From the NCBI RefSeq assembly GCF_964204645.1, contig NC_134028.1, positions 14,577,653 through 14,641,652 of the forward strand: a stretch of 64,000 nucleotides of DNA. Direction: 5' to 3'. Below the pieces are notes generated by a model that did not search any database, had not been told where the DNA came from, and saw only the letters and a program-made list of their open reading frames with translations. The first letter of the stretch is position 1; each line of letters opens with the position of its first letter. Position numbers and translations under genes: made by a program. Below are positions 38,541 to 49,763 of this stretch, one piece after another. The DNA comes from Tubulanus polymorphus (lineage: Eukaryota > Animalia > Nemertea).

Positions 38541-39050
38541 GATGATAACTCTCTTAGTTTTTGTTTTATGAATTTCTAAAAAAACATGGAAATCCTGGCA
38601 AAGCGCAGCATTTCCTGAAATAGGCCTGGCAGGCAGAGATAATTCCAATCTCGACTTTTATTGGTTAGAGTCGGGAATCGCTCATTACATTTCACATCCT
38701 CAAAGAGTATCTTCAATATATCTTCTGATCTTAACTGTGTCACTCTAAATAGAACTATACCCCAAACTATAGCGTGAGTAGAGTTTTCACTATAGTATCT
38801 CAGTATGTTTATATTGTCACGTATCACTGCAAATCTGAAGCATATGTTGCTACAGTGTATTTATAACAGGGAATCTGGCAAGCGATCTCAAAATGGTCAC
38901 ATTTGAATAGTTGACTGGAACGATGTGTTTAGGGAGTAGCTGTTATGGTATGAGTTACTATCACTAAGTCACTGTTTAGAGGCGGGTTAGATGCCTTCAC
39001 TGCTAGTGTGCACGATCGAAACCAGATGTTTAAAAATGGTCACTTTTCAA

Positions 39051-39641
39051 TACCGTATTTTCCGGCCAATAAGCCGAGGGCAGTTTTTTAGCCTAAAATA
39101 CATGGATTTCATAAAGCTTCGCCCAATAAGCCGAGGCCCTTCATCAGAGATTTTAATTCACCGATTTGTCAATTAGTTCGTCTTAATTGAGGATTTAAGA
39201 GGCTGACAGTAGCGCCCGCCGATGTGTGAGAGTGCTGTGTATACTATCATCGCCGAGTGACTGTGCTATATATAGACTCACTCAGCTGATTACTATACAC
39301 ACAGCCATACACGCAGTACGCGGCTCACTGCTGATTTGCATATATACTAATGTATGAACTGACACGTGTTATATAAATGTATACCATTGCCGCTGTGCGG
39401 TGATGGAACAATCAAAGTAAAAATAAAATAGTTCAAAATAGATTATAATTGGTAGTAAATAATGACCTCAAATAAATATCGACCACTTTTCTTGATTTTG
39501 ACGATCATTGAGAGCATTAGAGTGGCATAGATCGGGAAGTGATTTTTTATGTCAGATCGTATCCGCCCAATAAGCCGATCACGATATTTTGGGTAAAAAT
39601 CTGAGGCTAGAAAATCGGCTTATTGGCCGGAAAATACGGTA
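39051..39641. mobile_element. pogo/Tigger-like MITE
   Basis: Perfect 27-bp inverted ends TACCGTATTTTCCGGCCAATAAGCCGA including terminal TA, plus subterminal CGCCCAATAAGCCGA repeats. Confidence 0.9.
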
Positions 39642-40031
39642 GTACTCTTCACTAGAAACAGCCACTATAGAAAACCAACCGAATTGAAAGGAATGCTATT
39701 TCAGAGTGACTGTTTTGGAATGTATACTACTGGAAAAGTACCCGATATCGTTAATTGCTAATTTTTCTCAAGTGGCTGCTAAGTAAAAGTAGATGTTTGG
39801 GCTCAAAAGTGCGATAGACATGTTCTTGGATGCAGCCTTTTAAATATCAGGGCCCGGTTCCATAGTCGAGACTTAAAATAAGTCTAGTCTTAAGTCATTT
39901 TTTGTCTTAAATCCTCTAAGACCGACTTTGCTAAGTTGGTCTTAATTTTGCGTTCCAAAGAGTGGTCTTAGTGTTGGTCTTAGTTAAGACAGTCTTAAGC
40001 CCTTTTTTAAGGACTTAAGACTGAATCCAAA

Positions 40032-41676
40032 ATGGCGGAGATTTTAAATGACAGTATCGCGCGGAAGAGATCTTTCAATTACACGACGGATGAAACTAAT
40101 CTTTTAGTTAAATTAGTTAATGACAATAACGCAATTTTATCGGGTGCATTTAGCAATACTATAACCGCTAAACGAAAACGCGAAATTTAGGAAGAAATCT
40201 GCTCGAAAGTGAACGCGATCGGCGTAGCGCGAAGAACGGTCGATGAAATCAAGAAAAAGTGGAAGAATGTCAAAGGGGAGGCGAAAAAGAAATTCGTTAA
40301 ACAAAACAATTTGATTTCCAAAACCGGTGGAGGACCTCCACCCTCTGAGTTGGACCAGGCAACTCAGAACGTGATCGAATTGTGGTGTGACAATCCAACG
40401 TGGTGCGGGATCGACGGCGTGGAAACGTTCATTCTACAAAGTAAGTTTATTGTTTCTATCTTTTTGGATTTAAATCATTCACGATTCACCATTTGTTTAA
40501 GAATGGTGAGGGTGTGGGGTGTTTGTTAGTTGTCTAGAGCTCATAGTTTGTTTGTTTTATCAGAATCAGTCTAGTCTGCCCTAACTCATTTTCGTCTGTG
40601 TGTAAACAAAGGTGACCCTGACCTAGTACGTCATCTGATCACGCACCTGCTAACTGGCGCGCACCTGCTAACTGGCAACATTTGAATCGAATCCCAAACT
40701 AATTGACTTTATAGGAAGATTCCTACCTTGACAGCTATTGGAAGACTTATCCACATATATATCTAACTATATTCCAATCTAGCATTGCACGACTGAACTG
40801 TATCCCCGGCTAAATCCATAGCAATCGAGTATTAAACATGATTTAATAAACTCATCGTCGTAAACCGTAGTGTCAGGCGACAGCTCTTTCCCATGAAGTA
40901 TATTCCCATTCTAAGCTAAATTGACGCATAGTTCGAATCCCGTAAATTCATATTGTTTCTAATTTTAGACGATGGAGCGGAGCAAATCCGAAATATTGAA
41001 GCTCCCAATGCAATACCTCTGCCCACAATTACGACAAATAATCTAGGTAAAGCTTACATATAGTTCTTTTACAGTGCTTAAATGATTCCAGTGTATTTTT
41101 TTGTTTGAAAAATAGACAAGTAGTACTAGTACGCTACATAAAACAAATTGTATTTCGAGTTATTTTTAGCTCTATTGGTATTCTCGTATGAAATTATTCA
41201 ATCTTTCATGAATAAATAGTATATTCTTACCGTTAAAGGAGATGACCAAGCAAATAAAAATGTAACGCTGATTGAAACAGCTATGGGAGATGGCCCGCAT
41301 GTCATAATTGAAGGAGGTAAGTATTGGAAACGTTACATACCGGTATACTGTATTCCATCTGCAACCCGACTGGGTATCTTGATATTATATACGTGTTTTT
41401 CAGGAGTAGGCCTACAGGCAGCAGAAACAGAGCAAGCTAGTTCATCTAAGGCTGATGGTAGATATTTTTTAAATGAATGAAACTTTGAAGAACTAGAATA
41501 GAACGCTTAGTTTAATATTCTATTTGATTATAGGCAACAAGAAAAAGAGAACGGCGACACAGGCATATCTCATCGAGCTTCAGATAGAGTATGTGAAAAG
41601 AAAGATGATGAAGACTGACCTCGAAATAGAAAAAATTAAAATTGAATTAAATCTACTGAAAAACCAAGAAATTTAA
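40032..41676 (+). pseudogene. Harbinger Myb/SANT-like DNA-binding protein, 5 predicted exons (40032-40440, 40969-41046, 41239-41316, 41404-41457, 41534-41676)
   Basis: RKRSFNYTTDETNLLVKLV...KREI*EEICSKVNA..RRTVDEIKKKWKN..KTGGG, with TAG at the conserved Trp. GT-AG introns keep the frame, and the C-terminus is coiled-coil-like. Confidence 0.82.
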
Positions 41677-41806
41677 ATTTAATCAAGTTGCCAATTAACA
41701 TATTGTTATTGTTATGATTTATTTAATGTTTAACTCTTTGAATTTATATTACCATACGATACATGTTATAAATATTCTCAAAAAATATATATTTGAGGTT
41801 AAATAT

Positions 41807-42990
41807 TTACAAAAAATATTCTTGAACAATGTGATTTCTTGTTTCTTGCCCGCGATTTCCAAGTACTTCACGAACAGCCTCTTGTTCTGGCAAATCGACT
41901 TCAAAGTTTTCATCAAAATCTAAAGGTTCATTCAAGTTGATCGCTATATTATGCTAAACCGCGCACGCCGAAAATATCTTACAAACTTTTTCTGGCTCCA
42001 TACGAATTTCGCCATGAAGACAGTGGAAACGACGCTTCAACACTCCAAATGTTCTTTCAATGAGGCTACGAGTCATCTTATGAGCCCTATTATAACTTTC
42101 TTCGGACCTGTCTCCGGGCTGATGAAATGGGGTCATCAAGTACGGTTTTAATGAATAGCCGGTATCTCCCAAAACCAGTCCATTTCTCAATCCTCCGATT
42201 GCAGGATTTCCCTCAAAATACCTATTATACGTAGGATATTTAGTCAAATCACCTCACAATTCTACATTACAATTCTTGAAAATGTGAAACTTACCTCCCG
42301 ATTTGTGAAGTTCGCAGGATATGGCTATCGTGAGTGGCTCCTGGCGAGCGCGCTACTACATTAGTAAAACGACCTAGAAAATATCAATTTTCTATGAATC
42401 AATATTTCTTTGATTAACTTCGGATTGACGAAAATATGAATATGCCAATAATTTGGTGAGGGTTTACCTTTGTTGTCACAAACAGCTTGAATATTCAATG
42501 AATGATACCGCTTGCGGTTTACGTAGTCATTTTCGTGATGATGTGGTCTTTGTATTCGGATGTGTGTACAGTCGATGCACCCAATAACTGATGGAAAATG
42601 GGCTATGTCATAGAATCCTTGCATTATCTCGCGCTTTGTATTTTCGTCGGTTGGCCATCTTACAAATCTTGGTATTTGGTCAACGATTGCATTTGTTACT
42701 CGAGTTATTATGCGTGAAACGGAACCCTTCGCTATACCAAAAGTATCCCCAATTACTTGCAGAAAATGCCCTGTGGCATAAAACCGAAGCGCGATTAAAA
42801 TCTGCCAAACTACTGAGATTGGTTTCCCTCTTTCGTTATCCTGCATAGGCGTCAACGCGTCTCCGAATGTTCTCACAAGAAAATCGATGCCCTCTGGCCT
42901 GAATCGAAACCGTTCTTTCAACTCATCAGCGGTAAAAACCTCTAATGGGTTACCTAACCGACGAAATTCTCTTTCTTTTCGAGCTGGCAA
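41807..42990 (-). pseudogene. Harbinger (HARBI1-like, DDE_Tnp_4) transposase, 5'-truncated, two short introns
   Basis: RFRF, ALRFYATG, GCIDCTHI, NRKRYHSLNIQAVCD, PGATHDS, LGDTGY, YNRAH..TR..IERTFGVLKRRF. Confidence 0.93.
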
Positions 42991-43039
42991 AAACTATGGA
43001 ACCGGCCCCTGGTGCATTTGGTAAAAGAATATAGAATAT

Positions 43040-43560
43040 TGTTAAACTAACTGTTAGAAACCTGCAGCAAAATCGCTGGGAGTAATGAAATTATTTGTAC
43101 TTGATTTGATTCTAATGGTAAGGAGAAACTCGCAGCGGATGCGCGGAGCTATGATGTAAAGACACACGTTGATTCATCGATCTTTACAGCTCAACAGTGC
43201 TTTTGATATTTAGAGTAGTTAATATTCTGTGGATCGGTAAAGTGTACTGGTGAAGAAATGGGTAATTGTTAAAATTACTGTTTGAAGATCACTGCTGAAT
43301 GTGGAGTCTTGCGGTAAAAAATGTGTTTATTTATACTTGAATTGATAATCGAAGTGACGAGCAGCCTGCGGTGGATTTTGGGACGACGACTCAGAAAAAC
43401 GTGTCGCCTCATTGAATGGGGCCTAATTTTCTATGTTAATGGCCCGACAGTGCTTTCATCAGAATACCGACGGAGTATTTGTAGATCGAAGTGAGCTAAA
43501 GGATATCATACGGATAGTATCGGAAACGGTATCATTTATGTTCTTTCGACGAAAATAGTG
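43040..43560 (+). repeat. Repeat family R1, distal part of the copy starting at ~31425
   Basis: Resumes at AAACTAACTGTT, close to where the 34863-35095 segment stops, and is colinear with 16440-16980. Confidence 0.8.
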
Positions 43561-43769
43561 TGGAAAAGGGAAATAAAGAATAAATCACGTGAATATCAAT
43601 AGGGTTTTTTTGTTGAGAAACATCTTGAAGGAGTGCCTTATAATTTCATTGGTCGTCACAGCCTGCCATGAAGCGCTCACCAAATTGATAACGGGCTGGC
43701 GTGTTGATCTCGGCTCATTTATGGGTCTAGTAGAATACCAGCTAACCCCTGGTTCTTGTAACCTATCTT

Positions 43770-44581
43770 TAAAAGGAATACAACAAAGGATATTTTTGGA
43801 TATTAAATGTTATAGATATATTCAGTATTTACGCATGGTCAATTCCAATCAAAAATAAAACAGGTATAGAAGTTACTAATGCATTTAGAAATATATTTAA
43901 AGAAGCTATCCCAGATAAGATACAATTTGATGAAGGTGAGGAATTTTATAATAAACATTTAAAAAAATTATTATCTGATAACGATGTAGATTATTTTTCA
44001 ACACACTCAGATTAAAAAGCATCTATTATAGAAAGATTTAATAAAACTAGAATGTGGAAATATTTTATTGCCAATGAAACATAAATATATCGATGTGTTA
44101 GATAATTTAGTTAAAGGTTATAATAATTCTAAACATTCAAGTATTGGTATGAAACCTATACAAGCTAGAAAAGAAGATAATTCAGAAAAAGTTTGGAATA
44201 ATTTGTATGGTGCATTTGTTACACATGATTTTGGAGAATCTAAATTTAAAATTGGACAACATGTTAGAATATCTAAATATCGAAAAACATTTTATAAAGG
44301 TTATACTCCAAATTTTACTGAAGAAATATTTAAAATTAAAAAGTTAATATTAACTAAACCTTTTGTTTATAAATTAGAAGATTTAAAAGATGAAGAAATA
44401 TAAGGTCATTTCTAAGATCAAGAATTATCATTTGTACCAAATCCATATGAAATAGAATATAAAATAGAAAAAGTATTGAAAACAAAAACTCTTAAAGGAA
44501 AAAGGTATTCTTTTGTGAAATATAAAGGGTATGATGATAAATTTAATGAATGGATTTTATCTAGTAAAGTTAAAAGAATGA
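43770..44581 (+). pseudogene. Polinton/Maverick retroviral-like integrase with C-terminal chromodomain
   Basis: IDIF..YAW.IPIK, PDKIQFDEGEEFYNK, KASIIERFN, YNNSKHSSIGMKP, KFKIGQHVRISK, KGYTPNFTEEIF, VKYKGYDDKFNEW. Several stops and frameshifts. Confidence 0.88.
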
Positions 44582-45190
44582 ATGAATAAAGATTTATTTA
44601 TATTTGAACCGCATAATATGTTAGTTACTGGAGTAACCAACTGTGGTAAAACGCATTTCCTATTTGATTTAATAGAAACTATTAATACGAATCATTTTGA
44701 TAATATGATGTTATTCTGCCCCACTTATGAAATGAATAAAACATATAATAGGGATATATTTAAGATAAAAAAGTTTATCATATTAGACCCTAAAAAAGTA
44801 AAAGAAAATTTAGATAATTGTATAAAAATAGCAATTGATATTTATAAAGGATCAAAAACATTATTCATTGTAGATGATTGTGCTAATTTACATGATTCAA
44901 AAATTAGAAAAAGTGAGTTAGGCTATTTAGCTTTCTCTGGGAGACATTTTGTAATAACAACATGGGTTTTAAATCAAAAATATAATTCAATTGTTAAATA
45001 TTTTAGGGAGAATATTAGATTTTTGTTTTTATTCTATAACAAAGATAGAAAATCTATGCAACAATCATTGGAAGAAAATCAAATTATACCTGCTGAATTA
45101 CATGATGAATATATGAATAAATTAAAGAATAATACAGGTTCAAAATTACTGAGGCTTCAATATCCATATGAATATAAATTTATAAAATAA
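44582..45190 (+). CDS. Polinton A32-like packaging ATPase
   Basis: Walker A GVTNCGKT, Walker B LFIVDD, SGRH and Q motifs, directly after the integrase. Open over 202 aa. Confidence 0.85.
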   Translation: MNKDLFIFEPHNMLVTGVTNCGKTHFLFDLIETINTNHFDNMMLFCPTYEMNKTYNRDIFKIKKFIILDPKKVKENLDNCIKIAIDIYKGSKTLFIVDDCANLHDSKIRKSELGYLAFSGRHFVITTWVLNQKYNSIVKYFRENIRFLFLFYNKDRKSMQQSLEENQIIPAELHDEYMNKLKNNTGSKLLRLQYPYEYKFIK

Positions 45191-46145
45191 GGTATTTTAA
45201 GCATTTATGTATTAGATACGTATTAGATACCTTAATACTTAAAACCCCCTTTTTGGTTTAACTGTGTTATGGCTGTTGGTTGGCAGTCTGCCAAAAGTAT
45301 GTTAAATCGCGGCACAAAATTTACTGGTAATACTTACGGGGTTGTCTTTTATCGTGAAGCAAGTAGAATTGATGCGCATAGGTCAGGCTGCTAACTTTCG
45401 AACGGATGATGCAATATTTTTTGAGAAAAACGCGAAAAACATCGAAAATTCTTCGCTTTCTATAAGTTACTTGTGTTGACCTATATTTGAGTTTCTGACG
45501 TGAATACGGGAAATTCTCGGAATTTCCAGGAATTTCGGCACCTGTGACATAATTTTGTGAGTCACAAAATGGCGAGCAATTCATTTTATATTCGTGTACC
45601 AAGCTTAGTTCGCTGTTAGTGTGTTCGGTTGTGAGGATTATAATAGAGTCAGTTATTTAACTAAGTATCTCGAACTTAGTAAATGTGGCAATTTCTATAG
45701 TCCTAGCCCGGCTTTTCATTGTCTTATTTTGACCGACTCGTACAAAATACATTCTTTCTTTGAAAGAGTAATATACGATGGCGCCTGTCCAAGAGCCGGC
45801 GTTTTTGGAGAGAGGCAGTCGACTTAATGTTTGGCATCGTTTTTGTTGAAATGAGAGTTAATTGGTTCCACACAGTTGTGTGCGCTTTTTCATTTGCTAT
45901 CGCCGTAGGCTAATTAGTGTGTTTGCCGATGTGTTTGCGGTATATTGGCATTCTTCGCGTAACAACGCATACACGTTAAAATCCGCGCACTATATCCCTA
46001 TTTTAAGATTTAAAAAAAAATCCGTGCACTACGTAAATCAGCTGGTATGTAATCCATATATCTAACGAACGTTCTATATAGCATAGTCAAGGTCCGGTAA
46101 AATTACTGTTTCTTGACGTAAAACCATAACAATGTATATTTATAT

Positions 46146-46700
46146 TTAGGTAGCATCAGTTAAATCTAATTCATCTTTACTGAGTTCAGGTTCCTTTGAT
46201 AAAAATTCGCCTATTAAACCTTTATATAAATCTTTACCATTTACTTTTTCATTTGAAACAAACTTTGTTACATATCTAAATGGGTGTTCTATAAATTCTC
46301 TTAAACCAACACGTTTTATAACATTAGTAATATGTACAGCTGTATTCATATGGTTATTCCAATTTGATGGGCTGTTTGAAAATTCACCTTTACAATAACC
46401 ACAATAATTTCTATTTTCACTATAATTTAATATTATTTCATTATTATGTGTAGAAGGTAAAACATTATCAGATGAAGAAGGTATAACATTATCAGATGTA
46501 GAAGGAATAACATTATTATTAATTTTATTACTTAAAGTATCAACAACGGCACTTTTATCATTATCTATTTTACTTATTCTATATTTGAAATGATTAAAGT
46601 ATTCTCCAAAATACTTACTATATTCATCATAAGGTATCATATAATATATATCTGATATCATTTCACTTGGACTTTGTATTTCATATATTCCTCCTTCCAT
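46146..46700 (-). CDS. Uncharacterised Polinton-associated ORF with C2H2 (matrin-like) zinc finger
   Basis: 184-aa very AT-rich ORF with CGYC...H..TAVH and three NVIPSTSD-type repeats, immediately downstream of the capsid-like fragment. Confidence 0.5.
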   Translation of the reverse strand: MEGGIYEIQSPSEMISDIYYMIPYDEYSKYFGEYFNHFKYRISKIDNDKSAVVDTLSNKINNNVIPSTSDNVIPSSSDNVLPSTHNNEIILNYSENRNYCGYCKGEFSNSPSNWNNHMNTAVHITNVIKRVGLREFIEHPFRYVTKFVSNEKVNGKDLYKGLIGEFLSKEPELSKDELDLTDAT

Positions 46701-46732
46701 TTATTATAAAAAGTTTTATTAAAATTAAAATT

Positions 46733-47005
46733 TTAATACATAACGCTGTGTAATTGAGAATTTACAATATATAATTGCGCGTCAGATATAAGATAAATGT
46801 GCATTTTGAAATTTTTCATTTTTTCTTTCTTTTTCATGAATAATTGTATCCCATCTTTTGTATTTTGTAATTTTTTTCCCAGACCCATGTAATTAGTTAT
46901 CCTCTGTTGTTCTAAAATCTAACCATAATGCATATTTATTACCGGTATAATAATCAATTTGATTAATATTACAATCTTCAGATGATTTCATTTTTGGTTT
47001 ACGTT
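46733..47005 (-). pseudogene. C-terminal fragment of a Polinton major capsid-like protein
   Basis: KYALWLDFRTTEDN*LHGSG..DGIQL..HIYLISDAQL, recalled as a conserved invertebrate Polinton protein C-terminus. Not search-verified. Confidence 0.55.
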
Positions 47006-47833
47006 TGTCAGCGATATGAGGTTGGCATTGAGCCAATTCATGTAAAATCGCGGTACGTTTTTTTATGTGAGCATTTCTTTCATTGATTCTCGGCTTAAAC
47101 CACATATAATCGATGCGATTGAAGACATGACGAACCTCCGTCGATGTACATGGTCAACTGAGTTAAAATTATACGAAAAACTGTTTTTGGCGGGCAAATT
47201 CTTAGCTCTCGCGTATAAATTGCCATTACCTCGATTGGGGGGCGGATATATGGGGAATTCTGGCGCTACTAAATAATTATGGGAAAGCCATAGAATGGCG
47301 TACGTTTCATTGGACTAGGTGCCGTATACGTGCAAATTTTAAATACTCATTGCTGGTGAGGATGTAATTATATCACACATCCGCCATAGGTATTGTTTCA
47401 TTTTAATACCCGGTGATTGTTTTGATTGACATTGAAGTGTAAGCGAGCATTCACTTACACGAGGCCTCCACGTGCGCGCAGTGCTACACGACACACACAC
47501 AAACTCGTACAGTACACTACTCAAGGTGATGCTGTAACGCGTGCGCGTTTGACATGAAAATAGGCTGAATAATCGTAGCAGAAGATGAGTGCTGTGTTTT
47601 CTGTTTGATAGAATTTGTAATAAATTGTAATTTCTTGTGACCTGAAAATATTAAGCAGCAAACTAAAAGTATAGGTCGTGGTCTGAATATTGTAGTCGTA
47701 AATTCCAGGATTTAAAACGATCTAATAACCGATTTCTTCTGTACCGGTATTTTAACTTCCGCGGCTAACATTGTAAGAGGTTTCCAAGACCCGATATTCA
47801 GCCACCCTCTGATATGTGACATCATATGAATTT

Positions 47834-48402
47834 TAGGCCATCCCATATAATGGTCTGTTTGCCGTAACCCGACCGACCCGACTCCAAAGGTACAAAGGTA
47901 AAAACTTTTTTTCTGGGATTCATTGAAATAAATTTTAGTTTTGATAAAAATGGCCGACCGACCCACTGCCTACGTATGAGCTACTTATGTTTGAATTCAA
48001 GTGTGCATCGTGTGAAAACATGCCATGACATGTGGCCTAATTTAAGTTTTCCAGGAAACTGGCAGTGTTCGAATAAGCTGCCATTCATTCTCATAGTGAC
48101 TATATCAAAGCTGGTTACGTAAAACCGCGCACATATTCAATGTACTGTTTCATTTTTAACACAGAGATGACGCTCTGGACGAAGTTATAATTTTAGAATA
48201 ATTCTCGAAATCTACGCTATTAGACAAATTTCCTGTGCACAACGTAGATGATTTTTGCGATATTGTTTCCATGTAAAAAGGTGATAAATTTGTTTTTTTT
48301 GCCCAAAAATTAAGCAAAAAAAATTTTTTCTTACCTACCGGCTCATCCTGAAAAGTTGAGTCAGTGTTATGACAAACAGACAATTATTTTGGGATGGCCT
48401 TA
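47834..48402. mobile_element. MITE with AGGCCATCCCA termini
   Basis: TAGGCCATCCCATATAATGGTCTGTTTG ... CAAACAGACAATTATTTTGGGATGGCCTTA inverted ends. Confidence 0.75.
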
Positions 48403-49552
48403 TTTGAATATTTTTTTCATATTGTGAAACATATTTTTTTTGAAAATATAAAATAATTTCCCTGCCACGCCTACCTGTACCCTACAAACTTTTGGACGTG
48501 GACCGTAACCAAATGTTTGGTCTTATTTGACTACAAAATAATCCTTTAAGAACCCCTGTGAAGCTGGCTACCGGTTCCCGGTTACCGATGGCTACTGGTT
48601 CAGCTACCGATTCAGGTTTTCGAATCGGGAGCCGAATCGGGAATCGGTAGCCGGCTACCGGTTCGGCTCCCGATTCAAAATGTGAAGCTGGCTACTTATT
48701 TGCCAGGTGGCGCTGGTATACACTATGCTGTACACTATGCTGTAGTCCAGACATTTTACGTAACTATGTCTACTCTGCTGATAAACAAACTCGACCTCGA
48801 CAACAAATGGCCAGGTGATGGCGCGAGCCAATGCAGACGTCTAAACACGATTGCGTATGCGACCGCGAGAGCGGTCAGCTGTAGCTATACGTCAGTAAGC
48901 TGCGTCTATTAATAACATAACTTGGTTTAAGAACGTGTGTATTGCTCGGTCGTTATTCTCGTCACCGAATCGACTTCTTCATATGTTATTCGCCTCTTTA
49001 ACCATTTAATCAATAAACCATCGATTGTTCCCGAGCTATAGGGTATTAATTAGTCAGCACGGAAAGGGTTAACAACAGAGAAAGTTTCTAACGAAAGTTA
49101 TCGAATCCCCAAGAAAACAATATCTGCAAGCCAATGAAATTGTAAGATATAGAATTAACAGACGCTTTCTGCCCGCCGTATAAATCACCCTTCATGCAGG
49201 GTAAATCCATTGAAAGATGAAAAAACAATCACTTCAATATTCTATTAAAGTTAATATTTTCCTATCTATCAAATTCCATAGAAAACATAAAACAACATTT
49301 TTCTCATCCCTAAACCGAAAAAGGCTGGAAACGAGAGCGCACATAAATATGTTCTATTAAATTCTAATCCAATAGTTACCGCGGTTGCATGGTAAAACAG
49401 TGAGACCACTAACATTGGCGCAGAGATAAGATGGTTGTTTAGACGTCTCAATTGACTAGTCGGTCAAGGTCGGGGTTACCGCTCGCCAACAGACACAGTT
49501 ACGCAATAGTGTTGGACGTCTTGCATTGATTATGAGCAGATGCGCTTATGAG

Positions 49553-49725
49553 GAATACGAATACGAATACGAATATTTGATTACGATTACGATTATGATT
49601 ACGATTACGATTTATTTACACTCCAACCATTTCCATGGTATATGGAGGAAAACTATTACACATGTATATACAAATATTTACAAAACAACACTGAAGTGAT
49701 TAAAATTTAGAGAATGAAAACGTAA

Positions 49726-49763
<38 letters not shown>

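Larger units (their letters stand above)
35101..39842. mobile_element. 4.7-kb element with ~250-300-bp TIRs (superfamily uncertain)
   Basis: 35103-35345 is the reverse complement of 38995-39050 plus 39642-39840 (AAAGGCTG.ATCCAAGAACATGTC ... GACATGTTCTTGGATGCAGCCTTTTAA). The right TIR is split by a MITE. Confidence 0.75.
39850..43009. mobile_element. PIF/Harbinger DNA transposon with convergent Myb/SANT and transposase genes
   Basis: TIRs GGG(C/G)CCGGTTCCATAGT, CAG/CTG flanks, subterminal CTTAAG repeats and the two diagnostic genes. Confidence 0.93.
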
